A stretch of 64,000 bases of DNA. It comes from the human T2T-CHM13v2.0 reference genome, Homo sapiens. Shown piece by piece: positions 1 to 14,868 of the stretch. The translations under genes and the position numbers were made by a program. The stretch's first letter is position 1; each line of letters begins with the position of its first letter. The notes beneath the pieces are model-generated. The model did not search any database and was not told the DNA's origin. It was given only the letters and a program-made list of their open reading frames with translations. The stretch lies in assembly GCF_009914755.1 (NCBI RefSeq), contig NC_060936.1; one strand, written 5' to 3'.

Positions 1-23
1 GGCATGAGCCACCGCGTCCGGCC
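1..23 (-). mobile_element. Alu (5' end only; rest upstream of window)
   Basis: ggcatgagccaccgcgtccggcc is the reverse complement of the Alu 5' end. Confidence 0.85.
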
Positions 24-75
24 TAAATGTCACTTAGTACCTTTGATATAAAGAGAAAATGTGTGAAAGATTTAG

Positions 76-386
76 TTTTTTGTTTTTTTGTTTGTTTGTT
101 TGTTTGTTTGTTTTGAGATGAGTCTCTCTGTCGCCCAGGCTGGAGTGCAGTGTCATGATCTAGCAGTCTCCGCTTCCCGGGTTCAAGCCATTCTCCTGGC
201 TCAGCCTCTGGAGCAGCTGGGATTACAGGCATGCACCACCATGCCCAGCTAATTTTTGTATTTTTAGTAGAGATAGGGTTTCACCATGTTGGCCAGGCTG
301 GTCACGAACTCCTGACCTCAAGTGAGGTCACCCGCCTCGGCCTCCCGAAGTGCTGGGATTGCAGATGTGAGCCACCATGTCCAGCC
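76..386 (-). mobile_element. Alu (AluS-like) with (TTTG)n tail
   Basis: Dimeric Alu consensus; TSD-like aagatttagt/aagaattagt. Confidence 0.92.
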
Positions 387-395
387 AAGAATTAG

Positions 396-720
<325 letters not shown>

Positions 721-856
721 TCAGATTTTTGATACTCTTAAACCTTCTGATCCTTAGTTTCTCTCTCCAAAATACTCTTTCTAGGTTAAAAAAAAAAGGC
801 TCTTATATTTGGTGCTATGTAAATGAAAATGTTTTTTAGGTTTTCTTGATTTAACA

Positions 857-978
857 ATAGAGACAGGGTCTCCCTGTGTTGCCCAGGCTGGTCTCGAACT
901 CCTGGGCTCAAGAGATCCTCCTGTCTTGGCCTCGCAAAGTGCTAAGTAGGATTACAGGCGTTAGCCACCACACCCGGC
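857..978 (-). mobile_element. Alu monomer (FLAM/AluJ left arm)
   Basis: gagacagggtctc...ctcgaactcctgggctcaag...ccaccacacccggc. Confidence 0.85.
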
Positions 979-1450
979 TGTAAAAATGTACTTATTCTCC
1001 AGCCTCTTTTGTATAAACCATAGTAAGGGATGGGAGTAATGATGTTATCTGTGAAAATAGCCACCATTTACCCGTAAGACAAAACTTGTTAAAGCCTCCT
1101 GAGTCTAACCTAGATTACATCAGGCCCTTTTTCACACACAAAAAAATCCTTTATGGGATTTAATGGAATCTGTTGTTTCCCCCTAAGTTGAAAAACAACT
1201 CTAAGACACTTTAAAGTACCTTCTTGGCCTGGGTTACATGGTTCCCAGCCTAGGTTTCAGACTTTTGCTTAAGGCCAGTTTTAGAAACCCGTGAATTCAG
1301 AAAAGTTAATTCAGAAATTTGATAAACAGAATTGTTATTTAAAAACTAACTGGAAAGATTGTTAAGTTCTTTCTGAATTATTCAGAAATTATGCATCATT
1401 TTCCTTCAAGAATGACAGGGTCAGCATGTGGAATTCCAAGATACCTCTTG

Positions 1451-2762
1451 ACTTCCTCTCAAGCTCCGTGTTTGGTCAGTGGAGGCCCATCCGAGCTCAG
1501 CACTGAGAAGTGTTAGTTTCTTTGGGACCCATCTACCCTGACCACATCATGATGTTCATCTGCAGCTGTTGCAAGGTGTTCAGATTGTATAAACATAAAT
1601 GTCACAAAAACTTTAAAAGAAGTGCAATTCTCAAAAGGTTAGGTGGACTAAAGCATTCTGTAAAGCAACTGCTAATAATGAGCTTACAGTGGATTTGAAT
1701 TTGAAAAATATAGTAACAAGCCTGTCAAATATCTGCAAGAACTATGGAATAAAACTACTGATGCAGTGAAGACAGTTGAAAAGATCAAACAAATGCCAAG
1801 CTATATTTATAATGAACAAATTCAAGAAAAAGGACTACGGAAAGTTCAGGACATCAAAGAAGTCAGGCAAAACTCATCTTGACCCCTGTTGCAGGCAAAG
1901 GAACGCAGCTGGAAGAAAAGATGATATAACAGTTAACAGGATGCAGACATGGCAGAGGTTTCCTAAAAATCTCATTATCTATAACCATTTCTATATTTAC
2001 ATTTGAAAATCTCCTTTGGAGACTTAGAACCTCTAAATTATTGACTTATTTTTTATATAAGGTCACTCCGATGAAAGGTGATTACAAAATCATCTACATT
2101 GCTGTCTACAAAACAGATAATATGGATGTTTGATCGCATCTCATTGTTAACTCTTTACTGATATGTTTGTAAATACAGAAGTGAAATGTGGACATAAAAT
2201 AGTTACGCTATTTGGTTAATGGTACTAGACAACATGTAATTAATGACATTCAAAAATTTATGGCTAGTGATATATATAAAGTAAAATTTTCTTTGCAGTA
2301 AAATATGCCCTTTATTATAGAAGGGAGGATATAAGGAACCAACAGTTTGTATGAAAATAGCTCAAATAATATCTTTTATTTTGATTTTAATATTTCTTAT
2401 TTTGGTTTATTAGTGTCTTAGAACAAAATGGCCTTATATAATGAAGCCTAGTTATGCTGGACTGTTTTGATCTCTTTTAATTGTTCTGACAGATAGTTGG
2501 GGATGAGAGCCGAATAAGGTTTGCCTGAAATAACTGACACTATATAATTTCTGCTTTGGCAAATACTAAGTTCTAACTTGTCATTCCTGGTAGAACAAGC
2601 TTTATTTTTCGAGCCTAGCAATGATCTAGAAGCAGATGTTATCTCAGTGCCTTTTGCAATTTGTTGTGTGGGTTTTTTTTTTTTTAAAGCCACACAATAA
2701 TTTTGGAAAACAATGTATGGGTAGAACATGTGTCTGTTAATTGCACACAAAACCACTTTTAA
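1451..2762 (+). pseudogene. Processed pseudogene (retrocopy) of RSL24D1/RLP24: 5'UTR + decayed CDS (~1499-1966) + 3'UTR
   Basis: Across shifting frames the sequence reads [34 protein letters not shown] / [16 protein letters not shown] / EFEK..ELWNKTTDAVKTVEKIK / QAIFIMNKFKK / KVQDIKEVRQN / AGKGTQLEEKMI*Q, colinear with RSL24D1 ([57 protein letters not shown]...ELWNKTIDAMKRVEEIK...KVQDIKEVKQN...AGKGKQLEEKM). No introns, start codon lost, stops and frameshifts present. UTR extent is from recalled parent mRNA and is less certain than the CDS match. Confidence 0.9.
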
Positions 2763-2791
2763 TGGGTACAGAGTTAAATTTGAAGGAATAA

Positions 2792-2895
2792 GTTCTAGCT
2801 GAAGTATTATGAACTCCAAATAATGCTTTGAGGACCTCCAAAGGTAAAAGTACTAATCCCTTTGGCCATTTATTGAGAGAGAGAGAGAGAGAGAG
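2792..2895. repeat. Left arm of non-Alu inverted repeat (ends in (GA)n)
   Basis: Reverse complement matches 3278-3386 with only a few mismatches. Confidence 0.95.
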
Positions 2896-3050
2896 TAGGG
2901 TGACTATAGTTAATGTATTGAATGTTCTTGCTACAAATAAATGATATTTGAGCTGATGGGTGTGCTAATTACACTGATTTGATCAATACCCATTGTATGT
3001 GAAACAGTACATACACCATATTTACAATTATGTATTTAACATTTAAAATT
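2896..3050 (+). mobile_element. L1MA-like 3' end fragment (inside the inverted-repeat loop)
   Basis: agggtgactatagttaa...gctaattacactgatttgatc...tttacaattatgta resembles old L1M 3'UTR. Confidence 0.65.
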
Positions 3051-3277
3051 TCTAATATAAGTATCTCTCAAACTGTGGATTAACTTCTTGATTTATATTT
3101 AAATATGAATCTTAAGCAAAACAGTGAAAATAACCATCTTGATTTAGTGTTTTTCTCCCATATGTGAATTGTATATACTTAGGTGAGGACAATAAAATCA
3201 ACTGAACTGTAAGCTTAGAATAGGACTGAGGTAATTCTGCACAGCAACTTTACTAATGGTACATTGTTGCTTCAAAA

Positions 3278-3386
3278 CTCTCTCTCTCTCTCTCTGTCTG
3301 TCTCAATAAATGGCCAAAGGGATTAGTAGTTTACCTGTGGAGGTCCTCCAAGCATTATTTGGAGTTGATAATACTTCAGCTACAAC
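3278..3386. repeat. Right arm of non-Alu inverted repeat (starts with (CT)n)
   Basis: ctctc..caataaatggccaaagggattagta..tggaggtcctccaagcattatttggagttgataatacttcagctacaac. Confidence 0.95.
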
Positions 3387-3576
3387 CAAGCAGAATCTCT
3401 TTTTTTTGGAGGTCCTCGAAGCATTATTTGGAGTTGATAATACTTCAGCTTCAATTTGGAGTTGATAATATTTCAGCTAGAACCTAGTAGAATCTGTTTT
3501 TTTCCTTTGGAGGTCCTCAAAGCATTATTGGAGTTCATAATACTGAAGCTAGAACCAAGCAGAATCTGTTTTTTTC
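3338..3576 (+). repeat. Three ~70-nt tandem units (unit 2 has an internal ~24-nt duplication)
   Basis: tggaggtcctcNaagcattatt(t)ggagttNataatactNNagct..aaccNagNagaatctNttttttt starting at 3338, 3407 and 3508. Confidence 0.95.
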
Positions 3577-4341
3577 TGAGGAGTATCGGTAGCATAAATG
3601 TGATTATAAACATAGTACACTTGATATATGGAGGCAGTGACAGCTATTTTTACAAAATTTAAATCTGCAAATGGATTCAACATGTTTATGGGTTATTAAA
3701 ATTGTCTGATTTCTTAGGTTCTTTATAGTACACGTGTTGAAAATAAATGATTAAGAATTGTTTCAAGAATGCAATTATTTGATCTTAAATTTTTATGAGT
3801 TGTTAAAATAGAAATTATTTGAATATCATATATTTGGGTAACAAAAGGCACAAGTCTGAATGTGTTTCTTTTTCTGGAATGGCCATGCCTGCCCACTTTA
3901 GAAATACAAATATCACTGGGCAGCTTGAAGCAGTTGGGAGCCTCCAATGAGAGCAACTTGAGAGAATGATGTTGCAAGTTAGTAGGAGTAAGAAATGCTG
4001 TGTTCTCCCTGTCTTCTCTTAGGTCACATGGCAGCCTGGCCTAAGTGATCGTGAATGGTCTATAAGGGAGGTAGCTGGGACAGGGAGGGGAGTTTGGGCT
4101 AGCCACCGTACCACTTGTCAGCGTGAAAAGTAAGATTGTAATTGCCTGTTTAGTTTTCTGCCTCATCTTTGAAAGTTCCACCAAGCTGGGAACCTCTTGA
4201 TTGTGATGCACAAATGTAAGTACATCAGAAAAAAACAAAAAAACTGGCTTTAAAGCAGGAGCTTGTGGGCCCCTAAGCCAGACGGGGACTAGCTTTTGGC
4301 ATTATATAATTAAGATTTTTTAAATCCTTAATAAGGGTTTT

Positions 4342-4646
4342 ATTTTATTTTTATTTATTTTTTGAGACGGAGTCTTGCTCTGTGGCTCAGGCTGGAGTAC
4401 AGTGGTGCAATCTTGGCTCACTGCAACCTCTGCCTCCTGGCTGTGTTCAAGTGGTTCTGCTTCAGCCTCCCAAGTAGCTGGGGTTAGAGCACCCTGTCAC
4501 CACGCCCCGCTAATTTTTGTATTTCTAGCAGAGATGAAGTTTCACTATGTTGGCCAGGCTGGGCTCAAACTCCTGACCTCAAGTGATCTGCCCGCCTTGG
4601 CCCCCCAAAGTGCTGTGATTACAGGCGTGAGCCGCCACGCCCAGCC
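4342..4646 (-). mobile_element. Alu (AluS-like) with TSD TAATAAGGGTTTT
   Basis: Alu consensus; TSD at 4329-4341 and 4647-4659. Confidence 0.93.
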
Positions 4647-4990
4647 TAATAAGGGTTTTAAAGATAATTAGTGTGTAGGTCTGTAGGCTTATGATGGTAA
4701 CCACAAGTTGTTAATGGCATTGTGAAAAGTTTTTAGTTGCGCTTTATGGGTGGATGCTGAATTACATTTTGATTTGATACTTATAAAAAGAAAAAGTATT
4801 TCTTCAGCTTAAAAAATTGTTTAAAAGTTTGTGATCATATTGTCTACCATGTAGCCAGCTTTCAATTATATGTAAGAGGGACTTTTTGACATTTACAAAT
4901 AATACTTTGAGGTAGATATCTGAAAGCACCAGCACTTGGAAGGTGTTCAGAAGTAACAAATTATAAAATGAGCTAACAAACGAAAGGCAA

Positions 4991-4996
4991 AATAAA
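4991..4996 (+). terminator. Candidate MDM2 intermediate poly(A) signal
   Basis: AATAAA; usage not demonstrable from sequence. Confidence 0.4.
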
Positions 4997-5327
4997 ACCG
5001 TAAAGCAAGCAGATGGGAGGCGTGTTCAGTAACTTATTCATAATGCATCTGAAATGATTGCTGTACTCAAATATTTAACGTTAGAGTAATAGTATTTTGA
5101 ATGAAAACCATAGTTGATTGTCTTTAGAGAGAGGAGTGGTACTGAAACATACTTGAATTCGTATTGCTTTCCTTTAAAGCTCTCCTTTAAAGACTTTAAA
5201 AAAAATTCGATAGGCATTTTCATGTTTCAGTCCTACAATCCCACATCTCTGCTGCCTTCAGAATGCTACAACTTAGATGTCCAGCCAACAGCTTAAAGCC
5301 AATTTATAAAAATAGCATCTTTCCTAA

Positions 5328-6002
<675 letters not shown>

Positions 6003-6561
6003 TAGGTGAATTTCATTTATTTCTCAGGGTTAAATTTTAGCGCTTTTGCCTGTGTCTATTTTTGGTTCACACCTCCCCAGCCCACTGTCCTGTATTAAGT
6101 AGGCCTTCCTTCAAGATCACAGTAATATCTCCCTAAATGGATTTCACTACGTTTGGTCCTATTTTTGGTTCAGTTATAGTTTACAGATACCATCATGTTG
6201 CTTCCCTGATTTAAATATTGGGGGAAAAACTTGCTTTTTGGATTTTATCTCTGATGTTCTACTGGATTATTTTAGACTTTTAGAACACTATGAAATGGGT
6301 GCTTGCTTTTCACTTTTCAAACCTTTTTTGCTTAAACAAAGTTCATAAGCTTATTGTAGTGGGAAGTTCAAAGTCACAGATCTGGTACTTACTCGCCTAG
6401 TGACCTTAGAGACAATAAATCTATAGAGCCTAGTATGGGGTCTGGCAGGTAGTAAGCACTTTTAATGAATGGAAGTTTAATATTCTGTTTGCATCCACTC
6501 GACCATAATCACCCCAAATCCAGCTTAGGTAGCCTTGAATTAACCCCTACTCCACCTTGAA

Positions 6562-6920
6562 GTTTTTTATTTGTTTTTTGCTGAGACAGGGTCTCATTCT
6601 GTCACCCAGGCTGGAGTATAGTGGCGCAAACATGACTCACTGCAGCCTCCTGAGTAGCTGGGAACACAGGCCTGTTGCCACCATGCCTGGCTAATATATA
6701 TATTATATATAATATACATATATTACATATATATATATAATACATATGTGTTTATGTATGTATGTGTGTGTACATTATATATATATATATACTTTTTTTA
6801 GAGGCAGAGTCCTGCTATGTTGCCCAGGCTGGCCTTGAACTCCTGGGCTCAAGCAATCCTCGTGTCTTGACCTTGACCTCTCAAAATGCTGGGATTACAG
6901 GTGCGAGCCACTGCATCTGG
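6562..6920 (-). mobile_element. AluJ-like with internal (TA)n-rich expansion (6695-6791)
   Basis: Alu arms separated by an AT dinucleotide tract. Confidence 0.85.
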
Positions 6921-7031
6921 TGAATTAAGCCTTTTTTATACACTCAACTCTGAGGTATTCTGTTCATACCAATATGTTCCTTTGTATCTTCTTGCCATAG
7001 CAGGTTGTAACATCCTTTTGTATCTCCTTTC

Positions 7032-7342
<311 letters not shown>

Positions 7343-7449
7343 TCAAATGTCAAATAAATACATTGTGTATACAGTAGTAAAGGATGTTGATTGGCATTGA
7401 AAGCAACTATCAAGTTCTTGTTGATTTAGAAGACAAAAAGACAATTTTA

Positions 7450-7722
<273 letters not shown>

Positions 7723-7763
7723 TAACAGTATGTTCATTAAACATTAATCTCACTGATTGTGAT

Positions 7764-8045
7764 TTTTTGTTTGTTTTTTTGAGATGGCGTCTCGCTCTGT
7801 TGCCCAGGGTGGAGTGCAATGGCGTGATCTTGGCTCACTGCAGCCTCCACCTCCTGGGTTCAAGTGATTCTCCTGCTTTAGCCTCCCAAGTAGCTGTGTT
7901 ATTTCAGCTAATTTTTTCATTTTTAGTGGAGATGGGGTTTTGCCATGTTGGCCAGGCTGGTCTCGAATTCCTGACCTCATGTGGTCCACCTGCCTCGGCC
8001 TCCCAAAGTGCTGGGATTACAGGCATTGAGCCACTGTGCCTGGCC
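7764..8045 (-). mobile_element. Alu (AluS-like)
   Basis: Alu consensus. Confidence 0.92.
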
Positions 8046-8266
8046 TGATTATGATTTTTTAAAGTCCCCCCCCAAATTATTGTTTGTGCAATAAATGGCA
8101 AAAAAGAAGCATTCTAAGAAAAAAGTAGTCTTAAAAGTTGATATGGTGTCAGAATTGTAAGAGAGAGGGTCTTGGCTGAAAAGCCTTTTTAGAAAAAATT
8201 GCTCCCTACAAAAAAGGCCTTTTCTACCTTTTCTCACATTTGTTTCTTTTTATAGGAGGCATCTGA

Positions 8267-8590
<324 letters not shown>

Positions 8591-8673
8591 CAAAGTTAAG
8601 CATTTTTTAACCACAAGGTGGGAGGTGGAAGTATCTCGTTGGAAGACTAAAGGTGTCCACTAACGGTAGACCC

Positions 8674-9487
<814 letters not shown>

Positions 9488-9559
9488 GGTAGACTCTTAA
9501 CAGCGCTGAGAGACCACTCCAAGAGAGCAGAGAAATAATAGTTCTATTCTCAGTTGTCA

Positions 9560-9986
<427 letters not shown>

Positions 9987-10239
9987 TTATTTTCTAAATT
10001 GAGACGTCACTTTTTAAAAATTGGTACCTGTAATTTAGCCATTTCCTACTCAGCAATGTCTCATTTAAACTATTATTTGTTTAGCGTGTTTCAAAGAGCA
10101 GATGTAAGCTTGAGCCCATCCTCTGTCCTATGACTAAGTCGATATTAGCAGGGGTTAGGACTGTTAGTTTTCCAGTTCCTACTGGAGGCAAATTCTTTGT
10201 TTACCACTGTTCTCTGTATTTCAAAAGCACCTGGAAATC

Positions 10240-10245
10240 AATAAA
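10240..10245 (+). terminator. Distal MDM2 poly(A) signal
   Basis: AATAAA with upstream TGTA and downstream U-rich sequence; matches recollection of the long MDM2 isoform ending close to CPM. Confidence 0.6.
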
Positions 10246-10772
10246 ATTTGTTATTCAGAACAAAAGCCTTCTCTATATATCAGTATTTCCCAAAATGTGT
10301 TTGGAAATATAGGTATGTTAATCCAAAGGGATGGTACGAGGCTGTATTATTTAAGGAAATGGTCCCATAGCTTAGCATGTTTGGGAAATCCATTTCTTTT
10401 CTGCATTTCTCAGATTCTTTATTACATTAATATAAATTGTGAATTTTCAAATATTTTTTCTGACCAGAAGGCATACTTTCCATCCATCATCTTGTCCATG
10501 GAACACACTGCCCCACAACACAAATTAATTTGGAATGTATTATATATAATATATATAACATATAGCATATGTAACTTGTTCTGGAAGAACTATCTGGACT
10601 TTGAAGAGTTGTTGCAATGTTATTGCCTCATAAAAGGTCATTAAGTTTGGTCTTTCCCAAGCTTTATTTGGTGGTAATCAGTTATTTTTAGTGGACTTTG
10701 TTATACTTGCATAAGTACTTATTTTCAGGTAACATAATGGGAAAAAAGCATTATTTATATGGATATTAGTTC

Positions 10773-10778
10773 TTTATT
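10773..10778 (-). terminator. CPM distal poly(A) signal
   Basis: Plus-strand TTTATT; U-rich sequence downstream on the minus strand. Confidence 0.6.
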
Positions 10779-10902
10779 GAGAATCAGAAATATTTTAAAT
10801 TTACTAAATTCAGAGGTAGTCATGGCCTCTCCCCAATAAACTTTACAGTCTTAGACAATTTGTGCATTTTAATAAATTCTTAGTTATAGTATTAAAGAAA
10901 GT

Positions 10903-11404
<502 letters not shown>

Positions 11405-12112
11405 TTAACTAGTCTGGTCATCATAATTTTCTCCCCCTTCCCCCTTCTAAAGTCATGAGGAAAATATAAAGGATCTATCATAAAATATACATCAACTGTA
11501 TTGTTACCATATAGAATAACAACCAGACTTCTCAATAAGCAACTTATCTATTGCAGTAAGACAATATGCTATGCTTATCTTTCTGGATTCCCCAGGAAGA
11601 GATACTTCCAATCTAACATCAGATATTTTTACTTTCTAAACAGAGCTAACTTGTACCATTTTTAGAAACAGATCACAAATGCAAATTTGCTTCTGGAACA
11701 AAACATAACATTGATTTCTTGGAAAGACTTTTGGAAATGTTGAGAAAAAGCTTTTAACATTTCGGATACATCCAACAGTTCATGTCTGAATGTAATTAAG
11801 CATCCAAATCAACACTGTCATTTATCTGCAGGGACTTAATGTTTTTCTAAAATACTCTTTGCCATTTAGATTCAATCATGTCAACATTTACCAACATTTG
11901 AGTAGGTATACTCTTTAAGAAGGTATATTATACTGCCTTCAAAATACTTATTACCTGAGTGTTAACTATCATCTTTCCTCCACCTGAACAAGCACCAAAA
12001 ATGTAGCATCTCTTACCAGTCACAGAATCACCGTTCAGCGTGGCGGGGGGTGGTCTCCATTTTACAGATAAAGAAACTGAATGTGTGGCGGATTTGAATC
12101 CAGGGCTTCTGC

Positions 12113-12439
<327 letters not shown>

Positions 12440-13293
12440 TGCTGCTTTCTAAATATCATTTCACTCCCACATTTTTCTCCCATCATGAAAGTGTGTATCA
12501 GGTTGGTTTCTCTATAAAAGGAATTATAGCTGAACTAGAGCTGGAGGAGCATAACCACCAGCCCAAGAGGGAGGGGAAAAGCCGGAAAGGCGTTGGGCAG
12601 GGAGGTGGCTTGGGTACCTGGTTTGACCACAGTTAGAATATCATGATTGTGTTTTGTTAGTCTTTAAATGATTTTGAGTCTGATAGATAACTAAATTCTG
12701 ATTTTAAAAACTATTTCAGCAAGAGATTTACATTAAGGCTCATGAACTAATTCAGATTTTTGTTCGTGTCTCTTCAAAAATTGCTATCTTAGAAAAGTTA
12801 GAATTCAATGCCCAGTTGAAAAATTGCTTGGGGCTTGATAGCAAATCAAGTTTCATCTTATATACTTTTAATTTGTAATATACCAAAGTCATTTTTGCAA
12901 TACTATATTATGTACTTTCAAGTATATAATTACTGCTTCTTTAAATACAAATGATCAAGATATTCAGATTATTATGAGTTTTTTTTGGTTATCATCTATT
13001 GCTGCTGCACAAATTACCAGATTTCATAATTGGTTTAAATAAGCCTCCGATTTGTTTATATTTATTAACATGTATGATTTTGTGCATGTAGAATAAGCTT
13101 GGCATAGAAATGGCCTAAATGCTCCTGTAGCTCTTCATTCCTTTGTCGTTCTCACTCTCCATGCCAGTATGTCTCATTTCTAGATCCCATAGAACTTTCA
13201 ATTGAAAGTAATAACCAAGGCAACTCACTTTCCATGAGTAATACACCACACTTCTAGAAATCAGCCTATATTACTGTCACACTGGGGATTAAG

Positions 13294-13451
13294 TAAAAAA
13301 AAGAGAAAGAAGGATGGGAAGGGGAGGGAAGGGGAGGGGAGCGGAGGAAAGAAGAAAAGGAAGGGAAGGGGAGGGAAAGGGAGAGAAGGGGAGGAGAGGG
13401 AAAGGAGGGAGGAAGGTAGGAAGAGGAGAAGGAAGGAAGAAAGGAAAGAAA
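13294..13451 (+). repeat. GA-rich polypurine tract with G-runs
   Basis: ~155 nt almost entirely A/G. Confidence 0.92.
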
Positions 13452-14364
13452 TCTGCTCACCAGAGTTGCTATTTTTTTTTTCTTTTCTGTTTAGTGCTTT
13501 ACCCCTTAATTCTTATAGGTAACGGTCTAATACAGGGTAACTCTCATAGTGGAGAACTTGAGAAGCATTAGTACTTCAAATTGAGTCCTAATGGTAAAAT
13601 TTTTTTCTGATAAAAAAAGGTACTTTGTAGTGCTGTTAGGAGGTAACATAATACCTTTACTACCAATCTTAGGATCAATTCAAGGTTCAGTAAAAGGAAT
13701 GTATCTGGAATTCTTGATTATAGACATGAAAACACTCTTCTGTCAGCGTTCATAGTGAGCTGGGAGGTTGCCTACGCATTAAGACCTAGCTTCATAAAAT
13801 GACTCAAAGCCCTAGGCAGTTTCTGGGAAGGACTGGGAGTAGCAGTCTCCTGGCACCCCTTGTTCATTCATTCATTCAGTACCTACTATGTGCTAGGCTT
13901 TGAGGATATAACAATGAATTTTTCAAACAAATTAAATAGACCTTGGCCTCAAAGAGCTCACATTCTACTAGAGAAGGCACACATGGAGAAGATTATAATA
14001 CAATGTTGTAAATCCAATAGTAGAGATAACCAGTTTATTTTGGGGAGCAAAGAGAAAGGGTCCCTAACCCCAGACTGCCTGCGAAGAGGTGAAATGGAAT
14101 TGAATGGGATTATGGTCAGCCAAGGCTTCCTAGTGGAGCTGCTACCTGAACTGAGTTTTAAGAGGGGTAGGAAAGAAAAAATGTAGTGGGTCATAATGGC
14201 ATTCCAGATACAGGGGACACAAACAGCTCTGTGTTTATGAACTACAACCAGTTGTTGACTTTTGTTTCAAGTGGCTCCCCTTCCCCAGTGCTGTGTGGAC
14301 GATGGACTGAAGAGGAGAAGGCTGGGAGCAAGGGACCAGTAAGCTGTTGCAGCAGTGCAGGTGA

Positions 14365-14868
<504 letters not shown>

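Noticed and set aside
1510-2006. Functional RSL24D1 paralog
   Set aside because: Start ATG lost, in-frame stops and several frameshifts.
2792-3386. Inverted repeat interpreted as DNA-transposon TIRs
   Set aside because: No TSD or recognisable TIR motif; arms end in microsatellites and the interior contains L1 debris. A Dfam search would settle it.
3338-3576. Repeat array superficially CRISPR-like
   Set aside because: Human DNA; contiguous units without unique spacers; no cas genes.
2448-3662. ORFs 2448-2819(-) and 3456-3662(+) share similar peptides (MEFIILQLE / LEFIILKLE)
   Set aside because: A by-product of the inverted/tandem repeat; non-ATG starts and no protein family.
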